Below are positions 20,929 to 30,625 of a stretch of 64,000 nt of DNA, one piece after another (within the stretch, counting starts at the first letter, position 1; the number at the start of each line of letters is the position of its first letter). Source of the DNA: an uncultured Gemmatimonadaceae bacterium. Its GTDB lineage: Bacteria; Gemmatimonadota; Gemmatimonadetes; Gemmatimonadales; Gemmatimonadaceae. Position numbers and translations under genes: made by a program. The notes under the pieces are model-generated. The model was not told where the DNA came from, searched no databases, and worked only from the letters and a program-made list of their open reading frames with translations. The stretch spans positions 2,336,001 through 2,400,000 of the forward strand of contig CAWJMB010000002.1 in the NCBI GenBank assembly GCA_963843845.1. Reading direction: 5' to 3'.

Positions 20929-22784
20929 ATCTCACCGCGATCGACTGGGCGATCGTCGTCGCCTACTTCCTCCTCTCCGCGGGGATCGGCTTCGCGTTCA
21001 CGAAGCGCGGCGGCGAGAGCCTGAGCGAGTACTTCATCGCCGGGCGCCAGGTGCCGTGGTGGCTCGCCGGCTCCGCGATGGTCGCGACGACGTTCGCGGC
21101 CGACACCCCGCTCGTCGTCACCGGCCTGGTCGCGGCGCACGGGGTCGCCGGCAACTGGCTGTGGTGGAACATGGTGATGAGCGGCATGCTCACCGTGTTC
21201 TTCTTCGCCCGACTGTGGCGCCGGGCGAACGTCATGACCGACGTCGAGTTCGCGGAGGTGCGCTACAGCGGCACGGCCGGCGGCGGCGCTGCGCGGCTTC
21301 CGCGCGCTCTACCTCGCGATCCCGATCAACCTCATCATCCTCGGCTGGGTGACGCGAGCGATGATCAAGATCCTCACGATCTCGCTCGGCCTGCAGCCGG
21401 TGAGCGTCGCGGGCATCACGATCTCGGGCGACGTGCTGGCGGTCGGGCTCTGCTTCGTCGCCACGGTCGCGTACTCGGTCGCCGCCGGCATGTGGGCCGT
21501 GCTGTGGACCGACCTCGTGCAGTTCGTCATCAAGATGACGGCGGTCATCATCCTCGCGGTGTACGCCGTCGACGCGGTGGGCGGGATGAGCGCGCTCAAG
21601 GCCGGCCTCGCGCAGAAGTTCGGCAGCGAGGACGCGGCGCTCTCGGTCCTGCCGCTCACCTTCGGCGCGAACCGGTGTCGAAGCGTACGCGTGGATGCCG
21701 CTGCTCGCGCTTGGGCGTGTTCCTCAGTGTGCAGTGGTGGGCGGCGTGGTACCCGGGCGCCGAGCCGGGCGGCGGCGGCTACGTGGCGCAACGCATCTTC
21801 TCCGCGAAGACGGAGCGCGACGGCGTGCTCGCGACGCTGTTCTTCCAGGTCGCGCACTACGCGCTGCGCCCGTGGCCGTGGATCGTCACCGGCCTCGCGA
21901 CGGTGCTCCTCTACCCGAACGGCATCGGCCCGACGGGCGACCGCGAGGCCGCCTACGTGCAGGCCTACGTCGATCTGCTGCCGACGCCGTGGCGCGGCTT
22001 CATGATGGCCGGTTTCGCCGCCGCGTACATGTCCACGGTCGGCACGCACCTCAACTGGGGCGCGTCGTACATCGTGAACGACTTCTACAAGCGCTTCCTC
22101 CGAACCGACGCGAGCGAGCGCCACTACGTGACCGTCTCGCGCTGGACGACGATCGGGCTCTTCCTCGCGTCGATCGTCGTCACGATGAATCTCTCGTCGG
22201 TCGAGAAGGCGTGGGAGTATCTCCTGGCGCTCGGCGCCGGCACGGGGCTCGTCCTGATTCTTCGCTGGTACTGGTGGCGCATCAACGCGTGGAGCGAGAT
22301 CAGCTCGATGATCACGTCGTTCGTCGTGTCGCTGATCGCGCTGAACGTGATCCCGTCACGCTTCCCGGCGGGCGATCCGCGCGCGCAGGCGTGGGTGATG
22401 CTCGTGACCGTCGCCGCCAGCACGGTCGTCTGGGTGACGGTCACCTTCGTCACGAGCCCCGAGCCCGACTCGGTCCTCGTCGCGTTCTACCGTCGCGTGC
22501 GGCCGGGAGGGGCCGGGTGGGCCCGCATCTCGCAGCAGGCGGGCTACGGCCGCGAGCCGATCACCGGCGGCGCCCTCGCGTGGACGAACTGGATCGCTGG
22601 CGTCGTCGCGGTCTACGCGACGCTGTTCGGGCTCGGCAAGCTCGTCTTCGGCGAGACGACGTCGGGTGTGGTGATGCTCGCCGTCGCCGCGGCCGCGTTC
22701 GCGTGGATCGCGCGAGCCTTCCGATCCGAGAGCGCCGACCCCCAGCCGGTCGGCCGCGTCGCGGACGCCTACGCGGGTGACTGA
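20925..22784 (+). CDS. Sodium:solute symporter family protein; frameshifts near 21275, 21670 and 21710
   Basis: EYFIAGR.VPWWLAG.SMVATTFAADTP-like motif, AVLWTD.VQ, AAYMST, RWYWWRINAWSEI. Confidence 0.88.
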   Translation: MNLTAIDWAIVVAYFLLSAGIGFAFTKRGGESLSEYFIAGRQVPWWLAGSAMVATTFAADTPLVVTGLVAAHGVAGNWLWWNMVMSGMLTVFFFARLWRRANVMTDVEFAEVRYSGTAGGGAARLPRALPRDPDQPHHPRLGDASDDQDPHDLARPAAGERRGHHDLGRRAGGRALLRRHGRVLGRRRHVGRAVDRPRAVRHQDDGGHHPRGVRRRRGGRDERAQGRPRAEVRQRGRGALGPAAHLRREPVSKRTRGCRCSRLGVFLSVQWWAAWYPGAEPGGGGYVAQRIFSAKTERDGVLATLFFQVAHYALRPWPWIVTGLATVLLYPNGIGPTGDREAAYVQAYVDLLPTPWRGFMMAGFAAAYMSTVGTHLNWGASYIVNDFYKRFLRTDASERHYVTVSRWTTIGLFLASIVVTMNLSSVEKAWEYLLALGAGTGLVLILRWYWWRINAWSEISSMITSFVVSLIALNVIPSRFPAGDPRAQAWVMLVTVAASTVVWVTVTFVTSPEPDSVLVAFYRRVRPGGAGWARISQQAGYGREPITGGALAWTNWIAGVVAVYATLFGLGKLVFGETTSGVVMLAVAAAAFAWIARAFRSESADPQPVGRVADAYAGD

Positions 22785-22810
22785 CACCGGTGCCCGGCGG
22801 GCGTCACACG

Positions 22811-22839
22811 TTGAGCGAGTGATTCATTGCCCTTATCTT
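22811..22839 (+). promoter_or_regulatory. Possible sigma70 promoter for iscA/erpA
   Basis: TTGAGC, 17-bp spacer, TATCTT in an AT-richer intergenic patch. Confidence 0.45.
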
Positions 22840-22886
22840 CCGTACATTCCTGGCGCAGCGTTGCGCTCAACTTCCGGAGGTACCCG

Positions 22887-23237
22887 ATGTCCACCGCCAC
22901 CGAGCTCGCCCTCATCGTCACGGCCGGCGCCACGACCGAAGTGAAGAAGTTCATGGACGCCGAAGGGGTCACGTACGACAAGGGCGGGCTGCGTGTCAGC
23001 GTGCAGCCGGGCGGCTGCAGCGGCTTCAAGTACGGTCTCCTCATCGAAGATCAGCCGGCCGAGGACGACATCGTCGTTCAGCAGGAAGGCTTCAGCGTCT
23101 TCATCGACCCGTTCTCCGCGCAGTACATCAGCGGTGTCACCATCGACTATGTGACGTCGATGCAGGGCTCGGGCTTCACGTTCAAGAACCCGAACTCGAC
23201 CGGCGGGTGCGGCTGCGGCAGCTCGTTCTCGGCGTGA
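22887..23237 (+). CDS. A-type Fe-S cluster carrier (IscA/ErpA/SufA family)
   Basis: LRVSVQPGGCSGFKY...FKNPN..GGCGCGSSF. Confidence 0.95.
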   Translation: MSTATELALIVTAGATTEVKKFMDAEGVTYDKGGLRVSVQPGGCSGFKYGLLIEDQPAEDDIVVQQEGFSVFIDPFSAQYISGVTIDYVTSMQGSGFTFKNPNSTGGCGCGSSFSA

Positions 23238-23298
23238 TCGACTGCCATCCATGAGCACGTCGGGACCGCGCCAGCACGTCGGCGGCAGTTCCGCGCAC

Positions 23299-23332
23299 GA
23301 GGCCCGCGATCCATCCCAGGATCGCGGGCCTT
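23299..23332 (+). terminator. Hairpin, probable terminator after iscA/erpA
   Basis: AGGCCCGCGATCC-atccca-GGATCGCGGGCCT, 13-bp stem. Confidence 0.65.
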
Positions 23333-23358
23333 CGCGCGTCGGGGCGGCCGCGGACATC

Positions 23359-25206
23359 ATGACGAAGGCGAGCGCGAACACGTCGCGCGAGCGGATCGCC
23401 GCGGTCATCGTGCACGAGCACGACGACATCGCGCGCCTCGTCGCCGACCGCATCGAGGCGGTCATCCGGGAGCGCAACGCGGCGGGCGCAACGGCCGTGT
23501 TGGGCCTCGCCACGGGGTCGACCCCGATCGGGGTCTACCGCGAGCTGATCCGCCGCCACCGCGAGCACGGCCTCAGCTTCCGCCACGTCGTCACCTTCAA
23601 TCTCGACGAGTACTACCCGATGTCGTCGGACAGCATCCACTCGTACCACCGGTACATGTGGGAGAATCTGTTCGCGCACATCGACATCGACGCGTCCAAC
23701 GTGCACATCCCGCCCGGGACCGTGCCGCGGGAGGAGGTCTCCGACGCGTGCGCGGCGTACGAGGCCGCCATCGTCGCCGCGGGCGGGATCGACTTCCAGT
23801 TGTTGGGCATCGGCAAGACCGGCCACATCGGCTTCAACGAGCCAGGCTCCGGACTCGAGAGCCGCACGCGGCTCGTGCATCTCGACAACGTCACGCGCCA
23901 GGACGCCGCCGCCGATTTCTTCGGCGCCGAGAACGTGCCGCGTGAGGCGGTGACGATGGGCGTCGCGACGATCATGGCGGCGCGCGAGGTCGCGATCCTC
24001 GCGACCGGTGAGCACAAGGCGGCGATCGTGCGGCGCGCGCTCGAAGGCGAGGTCGACGTCCAGGTCGCCGCGACGTTCCTGCAGCAACATCCGAACACGA
24101 CGTTCTTCATCGACGACGCTGCGGCGGCCGATCTCACGCGGATCGCGACGCCGTGGCTCCTCGACGCCGTCGAGTGGACCGAGCCGCTCATGGTGCGCGC
24201 CGTGGTGTGGCTGTCGCTGCTCGTCGGGCGCGGGATCCTGAAGCTCACGCAGCGCGACTACAGCGATCACGCGCTGTCGTCGCTCGTGGCCCGCTACGGG
24301 TCGCCGGGTGCGGTGAACGGCGCGGTGTTCAATCTGTTGGGCGCGAAGATCCGAGGCCGGAGCAAGCTGCCGCGCGGGAAGAAGATCATCTGCTTCTCCC
24401 CCCACCCCGACGACGACGTCATCTCGATGGGCGGCATTCTGTACAAGCTCGTGCAGAACGGGAACGACGTCACCGTCGCCTACATGACGAGCGGCAACAT
24501 CGCGGTCTTCGACCACGAGGTGCGCCGTTACGTCGACTTCCTCCTTCGCCTCGACCGCGAGCGCGGACTCGGCAGCGACGATCTCCGAACGTTCGCCGAC
24601 CGCGTCCACGACTCGCTCGCGACGAAGCACCCCGGCGACGTCGACATCCCCGAAGTGCAGGACACGAAGCGCGTCATCCGCGAGGCCGAGGCGGTGAGCG
24701 GCATCGAGGTGATGGGGCTCACCAAGCAGAACGCGCGCTTCCTGAACCTGCCGTTCTACCAGACCGGGAAGGTCCGCAAGGATCCGATCGGCCCGGCCGA
24801 CGTGGAGATCGTTCGCGCGTTGCTCGACGAGGTCCGACCGGACCTCGTGTTCGTCGCCGGCGATCTGTCGGATCCGCACGGAACGCATCGGATGTGTAAA
24901 GAGGCGATCGATCGCGCGACGGCCGAACGCGTCGAGCGCCCCGAGGTCTGGCTCTACCGCGGTGCGTGGCAGGAGTGGCCGGTCACCGAGGCGACCGTTC
25001 TCGTGCCGATGTCGCAGGAAGAGTTGCAGGTGAAGATCCAGGCGATCTTCAAGCACCAGTCGCAGAAGGATTCCGCGCCGTTCCCCGGACAGGACGAGCG
25101 GGAGTTCTGGCAGCGCGTCGATCAGCGGAACAAGGAGACCGCCGCGACGCTCAACCGGCTCGGGCTCGCCGAGTACTTCGCCATGGAGGCGTACGTCATC
25201 GCGTGA
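23359..25206 (+). CDS. nagB: Glucosamine-6-phosphate deaminase, long form fused to a PIG-L-like deacetylase domain
   Basis: GLATGSTP, FNLDEY, GIG.TGHIGFNEPG; C-terminal SPHPDDD and DPHGTH. Start placed after the hairpin. Confidence 0.92.
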   Translation: MTKASANTSRERIAAVIVHEHDDIARLVADRIEAVIRERNAAGATAVLGLATGSTPIGVYRELIRRHREHGLSFRHVVTFNLDEYYPMSSDSIHSYHRYMWENLFAHIDIDASNVHIPPGTVPREEVSDACAAYEAAIVAAGGIDFQLLGIGKTGHIGFNEPGSGLESRTRLVHLDNVTRQDAAADFFGAENVPREAVTMGVATIMAAREVAILATGEHKAAIVRRALEGEVDVQVAATFLQQHPNTTFFIDDAAAADLTRIATPWLLDAVEWTEPLMVRAVVWLSLLVGRGILKLTQRDYSDHALSSLVARYGSPGAVNGAVFNLLGAKIRGRSKLPRGKKIICFSPHPDDDVISMGGILYKLVQNGNDVTVAYMTSGNIAVFDHEVRRYVDFLLRLDRERGLGSDDLRTFADRVHDSLATKHPGDVDIPEVQDTKRVIREAEAVSGIEVMGLTKQNARFLNLPFYQTGKVRKDPIGPADVEIVRALLDEVRPDLVFVAGDLSDPHGTHRMCKEAIDRATAERVERPEVWLYRGAWQEWPVTEATVLVPMSQEELQVKIQAIFKHQSQKDSAPFPGQDEREFWQRVDQRNKETAATLNRLGLAEYFAMEAYVIA

Positions 25207-26756
25207 ATAGCACGACCGGCACGTTCAACGCGCTCGACGCGCTCGTCCTCCTCGCGTATCTCGTCGGCATCACGCTGCTGGGCGTCTGGGTAGGCCGCCG
25301 ACAGAAGGACGCCCGCGACTACTTCGTCGCCGACCGCGCCATCCCGTGGTGGGCGGTCATGTTCTCGATCGTCGCGACCGAGACGAGCGCGCTCACGTTC
25401 ATCAGTACGCCGGGCCTCGCGTACCGCACGAACCTCGGCTTCCTGCAGATCGTCGCGGGGTACCTGCTGGGCCGCATCGTCGTCGCCTACGCGCTGCTGC
25501 CGAAGTACTTCGAAGGGGAGATCGTCACGGCGTACGCGCTGCTCGAGCGCCGGTTCGGGCTCACCACCAGGCGCTTCACGTCGATCATCTTCATGGTCAC
25601 GCGCGCGCTCGCCGATTCGGTCCGCGTGTTCGCGACCGCGGTGCCGATCGCGATCATCCTCGGGCCGGTGATGACGGACCAGAGCCTCGTCATGCCGTCG
25701 GCCGTCCTCATCCTCGGCGTCCTGACGATCATCTATACATACCGCGGGGGCATGAAGGCGGTCGTGTGGACGGAGATCGTGCAGGCGGGCGTGTATCTGA
25801 TGGGCGGACTCATCGCGCTTGTGCTCGTCGGGCGTCTCGTGCCGGGCGGCTGGGGTGCGATCGTGTCGCAGGCGGGCGCCGCGGGAAAGCTGCAGGCCGT
25901 CGACCCGTACTTCGGCTTCGACAAGCCGAACACGCTCTTCGCAGGACTCCTCGGCGGCGCGTTCCTCTCGATGGCGTCCCACGGGACCGATCAGCTCATC
26001 GTGCAGCGCCTGCTCTCCGCGAGGTCGCTGCGCGACGCGCAGAAGGCGATCATCGGCAGCGGCGTCGCGGTGATCGCGCAGTTCTCGCTCTTCCTGCTCA
26101 TCGGCGTCGGGCTGTGGACGTTCTTCGGCGCCCGCGAGTTTCCGACACCGGACTACATCTTCCCCACGTTCATCGTGCAGCAGATGCCCCACGGGCTGGT
26201 CGGCCTCCTCGTCGCAGCGATCGTCGCGGCGACGATGAGCACGCACTCGGGTGCGATCAACTCGCTCGCCGCGGCGACGACGCACGACATCTACCTCCCG
26301 CTGACGAAGCGCTCTGCGGACTCGCCGGAGACACTCCGCGCCGGCAAGCTGTTCGCCCTCGGCTGGGGGGTCGTCCTCACGGTGGGAGCGCTGTTCTTCC
26401 CCGAAGATCCGAAGACACCGGTCGTGGTGGTCGCCCTCAGCATCGCGTCGTTCACCTACGGTGCGCTGCTCGGCGTGTTCTTCCTCGGGAACTTCTGGTC
26501 TCGCGCCATCGAGCGCGACGCGCTCACCGGCCAGGTCGTCGGCCTCATCTCGATGGCGTTCGTGGTGTTCGCCGGGCAGTTCAGCCGGTGGGTCCCCGCC
26601 CTCGCACCGACGCTGCAACCGATCTCGACGATCGCGTGGCCGTGGTACGTGCTGATCGGCACGACGATCACGGTGCTCGTCGGCGTGCTCTCGTCGCTCA
26701 CCCATCCGGCCCCGCCCCCTCCGCTCGCGCGGCCGGTGGTCGGAGCACGTGCGTGA
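25203..26756 (+). CDS. Sodium:solute symporter family protein
   Basis: GTGA overlap with nagB; DYFVADR.IPWWAV.FSIVATETSALTF, GGMKAVVWT, HGTDQLIVQR. Confidence 0.92.
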   Translation: MNSTTGTFNALDALVLLAYLVGITLLGVWVGRRQKDARDYFVADRAIPWWAVMFSIVATETSALTFISTPGLAYRTNLGFLQIVAGYLLGRIVVAYALLPKYFEGEIVTAYALLERRFGLTTRRFTSIIFMVTRALADSVRVFATAVPIAIILGPVMTDQSLVMPSAVLILGVLTIIYTYRGGMKAVVWTEIVQAGVYLMGGLIALVLVGRLVPGGWGAIVSQAGAAGKLQAVDPYFGFDKPNTLFAGLLGGAFLSMASHGTDQLIVQRLLSARSLRDAQKAIIGSGVAVIAQFSLFLLIGVGLWTFFGAREFPTPDYIFPTFIVQQMPHGLVGLLVAAIVAATMSTHSGAINSLAAATTHDIYLPLTKRSADSPETLRAGKLFALGWGVVLTVGALFFPEDPKTPVVVVALSIASFTYGALLGVFFLGNFWSRAIERDALTGQVVGLISMAFVVFAGQFSRWVPALAPTLQPISTIAWPWYVLIGTTITVLVGVLSSLTHPAPPPPLARPVVGARA

Positions 26757-27691
26757 GCACGATCGTCGTCGGCATCGACGGCGGCGGCTCGAAGACGCGC
26801 GTCGTGGTCGCCGATGAGCAGGGGCGCGAGATCGTCTCGGTCGACGGTCCCGCATCCGCCGTCCGCCCGGGCCACGTCGACCTCTCGGCCGACGTCGTCG
26901 CGGCGTGCGTACGCGACGCGCTCGCGGCGGCGACGATGACGCACGTCGTGCCGCGCGTGCTCGCCATCGGGGTCGCCGGCGTGGGGCGCGAGCCCGAGCG
27001 AGAGGCGCTGTGGCAGGCGCTCTCAGCGCGCGAGCTGGCGGAGGACGTCGTGGTGCACACGGACGCCGCGGTCGCGCTCGACGACGCGTTCGGCGACGGC
27101 GCGGGGATCTTGCTCGTCTCGGGGACCGGGTCGATCGCCTACGGCCGCGCGCCGGACGGCTCGTTCGCGCGTTGCGGCGGGTGGGGCCCGGTGATCGGCG
27201 ACGAGGGGAGCGGCGGGTGGATCGGCCGCCGGGCGCTGAACGTCGCCGCCGCCTCGGCCGACGGGCGCGAGCCGGAGAGCGCGCTGGTGAACGCGCTCCT
27301 GACGGCGATCGAGGCGGACGACCCGACGGCGATGATCGCCTGGGGCGCGCAGGCGACGCCATCGCAGTTCGCGCGGCTCGCGCCGGTCGTGCTGCAAGTC
27401 GCGGCGACCGGCGACCTGCGCGCGAACTCGCTGCTCAACATCGCCGTCGAGGAGCTGGTGCTCCACGTCCGCACGCTCGCCCGCCGCCTGTTCGGCGACG
27501 AGCGCGCGACGTCGCCCGTCGCGCTCGCCGGCGGTCTGCTCACGCGCGGCGCACCGCTCCGCAAGCGCCTCGAGCAGCGGCTCAAGACGGCCGTGCCCGG
27601 CGCGCAGCTCCGTGCGCACGACGTCGAGCCCGCCCGCGGCGCCGTGCGCGCCGCGCTCAGGACGTTGGGCATCGAGGTGGCGCCGACCTGA
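26753..27691 (+). CDS. BadF/BadG-family amino-sugar kinase (GlcNAc/MurNAc kinase, MurK-like)
   Basis: VGIDGGGSKT, SGTGSIAYG, GGWG..IGDEGSG, ALAGG. Confidence 0.9.
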   Translation: MSTIVVGIDGGGSKTRVVVADEQGREIVSVDGPASAVRPGHVDLSADVVAACVRDALAAATMTHVVPRVLAIGVAGVGREPEREALWQALSARELAEDVVVHTDAAVALDDAFGDGAGILLVSGTGSIAYGRAPDGSFARCGGWGPVIGDEGSGGWIGRRALNVAAASADGREPESALVNALLTAIEADDPTAMIAWGAQATPSQFARLAPVVLQVAATGDLRANSLLNIAVEELVLHVRTLARRLFGDERATSPVALAGGLLTRGAPLRKRLEQRLKTAVPGAQLRAHDVEPARGAVRAALRTLGIEVAPT

Positions 27692-27708
27692 GTCGGCGCC
27701 ACGGCGGC

Positions 27709-29070
27709 TCACATCGACGCCGCCACGTGCTCCTGCCGCTCGATCTCCACGGCGCGCTCGACGGCCGACGCCGGCTCGGTGCCCAGCACGCCTTCCCAGC
27801 GCGCCATCACCGCCGTCGCGAGGCAGTTTCCGACGAGGTTCACCGACGTCCGCGCCATGTCCATGAGCGCGTCGACGCCGAGGATGACGGCGATCCCGGC
27901 GAGCGGGAGGCCGAACTGCGTCAGCGCGCCCGACAGGATCACGAGCGACGCACGCGGCACCGCAGCGACCCCTTTGCTCGTGAGCATCAGGGTCAGCATC
28001 ATGAGGATCTGCGTGCCTAACGGCATGTCGATCCCGGCGGCCTGCGCGACGAACACGGAGGCGAGCGCGAGGTACAGCGTGCTCCCGTCGAGATTGAAGG
28101 AGTACCCGGTCGGCATCACGAACGCGACGATGCGCTTCGGCACGCCGAACGCCTCCATGGCCTGCATCGCCCGCGGCAGCGCGGCCTCGCTCGACGCGGT
28201 CGAGAACGCGATGAGCGCTGGTTCGCGCACGGTGCGGATGAAGCGCGCGATCGGGATGCGCGCCGCGAGCGCGATCGGAATGAGCACGAGGACCACGAAC
28301 ACGATCAGGGCGCCGTAGAGCGTCCCCACGAGCTTCGCGAGGTTCAGGAGCACGCCGAGTCCGCTGCGCGAGACGGTGACCGCGATCGCCGCGCCGATGC
28401 CGATCGGTGCGTATGCCATCACGAGCCCGACGAACTTGAACATGATCTGCGATAGCGACTCGCAGAACTCGAGGAAGAACGTCTTCGCTCGTCCCGGCGG
28501 CACCTTCGCGAGCGCGACCGCGAAGAGGATCGCGAAGAAGACGATCTGCAGTACCTCGTTCGCCGCCGCCGCCTCGAAGAAGCTCTGCGGCACCGTGTGC
28601 TCGATGACGCCGGAGAACGTCGGCTGCTTGGTTGCGAGCGAGGCGACATCCTCCCCCACCTCCGCCGGGAGGGTGACCCCGACGCCCGGCTTCACGACGT
28701 TCACCGCGATCAGTCCGACCGCGAGCGCGAGCGTCGTCACGAGCTCGAAGTAGATGATCGAGCGGAGCGCGAGCCGCCCGACCTTCTTCATGTCGTCGCC
28801 ATGTCCGGCGATGCCGACGACGAGCGTGCTGAAGAGCAGGGGCACGATCAGCGACTTGATCATGCGCAGGAACACCGTCGCGAGCACGCGCAGGTCGCTC
28901 GCCGCCCACCCGCCGTGCGCCGCGCGCTCGGCCTCGGGGAACAGCGCGCCGATGACGATGCCGACGACGAGCGAGACGATGATCCACTGCGTCAGCGAGA
29001 TGCGGCGCAGTCCGGTCGGCGACGAGGGCGGCGCCGTCGGCGACGGTGGAGCGGAGGTCATGGCGGCCAT
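27709..29070 (-). CDS. Dicarboxylate/amino acid:cation symporter (GltP/DctA family)
   Basis: FLRMIK, AFSTASSEAALP, GYSFNLDG, DMART.VN. Confidence 0.93.
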   Translation of the reverse strand: MAAMTSAPPSPTAPPSSPTGLRRISLTQWIIVSLVVGIVIGALFPEAERAAHGGWAASDLRVLATVFLRMIKSLIVPLLFSTLVVGIAGHGDDMKKVGRLALRSIIYFELVTTLALAVGLIAVNVVKPGVGVTLPAEVGEDVASLATKQPTFSGVIEHTVPQSFFEAAAANEVLQIVFFAILFAVALAKVPPGRAKTFFLEFCESLSQIMFKFVGLVMAYAPIGIGAAIAVTVSRSGLGVLLNLAKLVGTLYGALIVFVVLVLIPIALAARIPIARFIRTVREPALIAFSTASSEAALPRAMQAMEAFGVPKRIVAFVMPTGYSFNLDGSTLYLALASVFVAQAAGIDMPLGTQILMMLTLMLTSKGVAAVPRASLVILSGALTQFGLPLAGIAVILGVDALMDMARTSVNLVGNCLATAVMARWEGVLGTEPASAVERAVEIERQEHVAASM

Positions 29071-29073
29071 CGG

Positions 29074-30606
29074 CTACGACTCGATCGAGGGCGGAGGCAG
29101 GACGGCGACCGGGGCTGTGCCGCGCCGCAGCGTGGAATGCCGGTATCCGTAGAGGAAATAGAGCGCGAGGCCGATCGCGAGCCAGATCCCGAAGCGCGAC
29201 CACGCCGCGGGCGGCAGCCCCTGCATGACGAACACGCACGCTCCGGCGCCGAGGATGGTCACGGGCCAGACGAACGGCACCCGGAAGGGTCGATGGCGCG
29301 TCGGATCCGAGTAGCGGAGCACGAGCACGCCGATGCAGACCAGGGCGAACGCCGACAGCGTCCCGATGTTCGTGAGGTCGTAGGTGGCCGCGTCGTCGGC
29401 GAGCAGCGCGCCGGTCGCGACGAGCACGCCCGTCAGGATGGTCGTCACGTGCGGCGTGCGGTACTTCGGGTGGATCTTCGCCGCCCAGGGCGGGAGGAGC
29501 CCGTCGCGCGCCATCGCGAAGAAGATGCGGGGCTGTCCGTACTGAAAGACGAGCAGCACCGCGGCCATCGAGACGACCGCGCCCGCCGCGACGATCCAGC
29601 TCGCAGCCGGGAACCCGGCGACCTGCAGTGCCCGCGCGAGCGGGTCCGACGACTTGAGCTGCATGTACGGCACGAGCCCCGTCGCGACCGCGCCGACGAC
29701 CACGTAGATCAGCGTGCAGATGCCGAGGCCGATCATGATGCCCAACGGCATGTTGCGCTGCGGATTCTTCGTCTCCTCGGCCGCCGTCGAGATCGCGTCG
29801 AAGCCGATGAAGGCGAAGAACACGATCGCCGCCCCCTGATGGATCCCGCGGAAGCCGTTCGGCGCGAAGGGCGTGTAGTTCGCCGTGTCGATGTTCATCG
29901 CGCCGACGACGACGAACACCGTGATGACGATCAGCTTCACGCCGACCATGACGTTGTTCACGCGCGTGCTCTCGCGAACACCGATCACGAGCAACCAGGT
30001 GACCGCCATGACGACCAAGAACGCCGGCAGATTCACGAGGATCGGCACGCCCGCGATTCGCGGGGCCGTCTGGAGCAGCGCCGCCATCGCCGCGTCACCG
30101 CCGCCGGCGAGCGCCTTCACGTTCCAGTAGCCGTGCGTGATCCACCCCGGCAACTGGAACCAGGGCGAGAGCAGCGAGTTGAAGTAGCCGGCCCACGCGA
30201 TCGCCACGGCGACGTTGCCGACCGCGTACTCGAGGATCAGGTCCCACCCGATGATCCATGCGACGATCTCGCCGAGCGTCGCGTACGAGTACGCGTACGC
30301 GCTGCCGGCCTGGGGGATCATGGCGGCCAGCTCCGCGTAGCAGAGCGCGGCGAGTCCGCACACGACGCCCAACAACAGGAACGAAAGCACGAGGGCGGGG
30401 CCGGCGCCGTAGCGCACGACCTCGCCCGCCGCATTGACCTCACCCGCCGCCGCCGTGCCCAACGTCGAGAAGATGCCGGCCCCGATCACGGCGCCGATCG
30501 ACAGCATGACGAGGTCGGCGACGCCGAGCGTGCGCCGAAGCCCCGTCGACCCTTCCCCTTCGGCGAGCAGCTCGCCGATGCCCTTTCGTGAGAAGATCGA
30601 CGCCAT
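29074..30606 (-). CDS. APC-family amino acid permease
   Basis: IGAVIGAGIF, CYAELA, GSAY.Y, FFAFIGFD. Confidence 0.93.
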   Translation of the reverse strand: MASIFSRKGIGELLAEGEGSTGLRRTLGVADLVMLSIGAVIGAGIFSTLGTAAAGEVNAAGEVVRYGAGPALVLSFLLLGVVCGLAALCYAELAAMIPQAGSAYAYSYATLGEIVAWIIGWDLILEYAVGNVAVAIAWAGYFNSLLSPWFQLPGWITHGYWNVKALAGGGDAAMAALLQTAPRIAGVPILVNLPAFLVVMAVTWLLVIGVRESTRVNNVMVGVKLIVITVFVVVGAMNIDTANYTPFAPNGFRGIHQGAAIVFFAFIGFDAISTAAEETKNPQRNMPLGIMIGLGICTLIYVVVGAVATGLVPYMQLKSSDPLARALQVAGFPAASWIVAAGAVVSMAAVLLVFQYGQPRIFFAMARDGLLPPWAAKIHPKYRTPHVTTILTGVLVATGALLADDAATYDLTNIGTLSAFALVCIGVLVLRYSDPTRHRPFRVPFVWPVTILGAGACVFVMQGLPPAAWSRFGIWLAIGLALYFLYGYRHSTLRRGTAPVAVLPPPSIES

Positions 30607-30625
30607 GGAAGGAGAGGGCCGGGGC

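Noticed and set aside
23251..23358. Longer nagB start at 23251
   Set aside because: It spans a terminator-like hairpin; ATG 23359 is more plausible.
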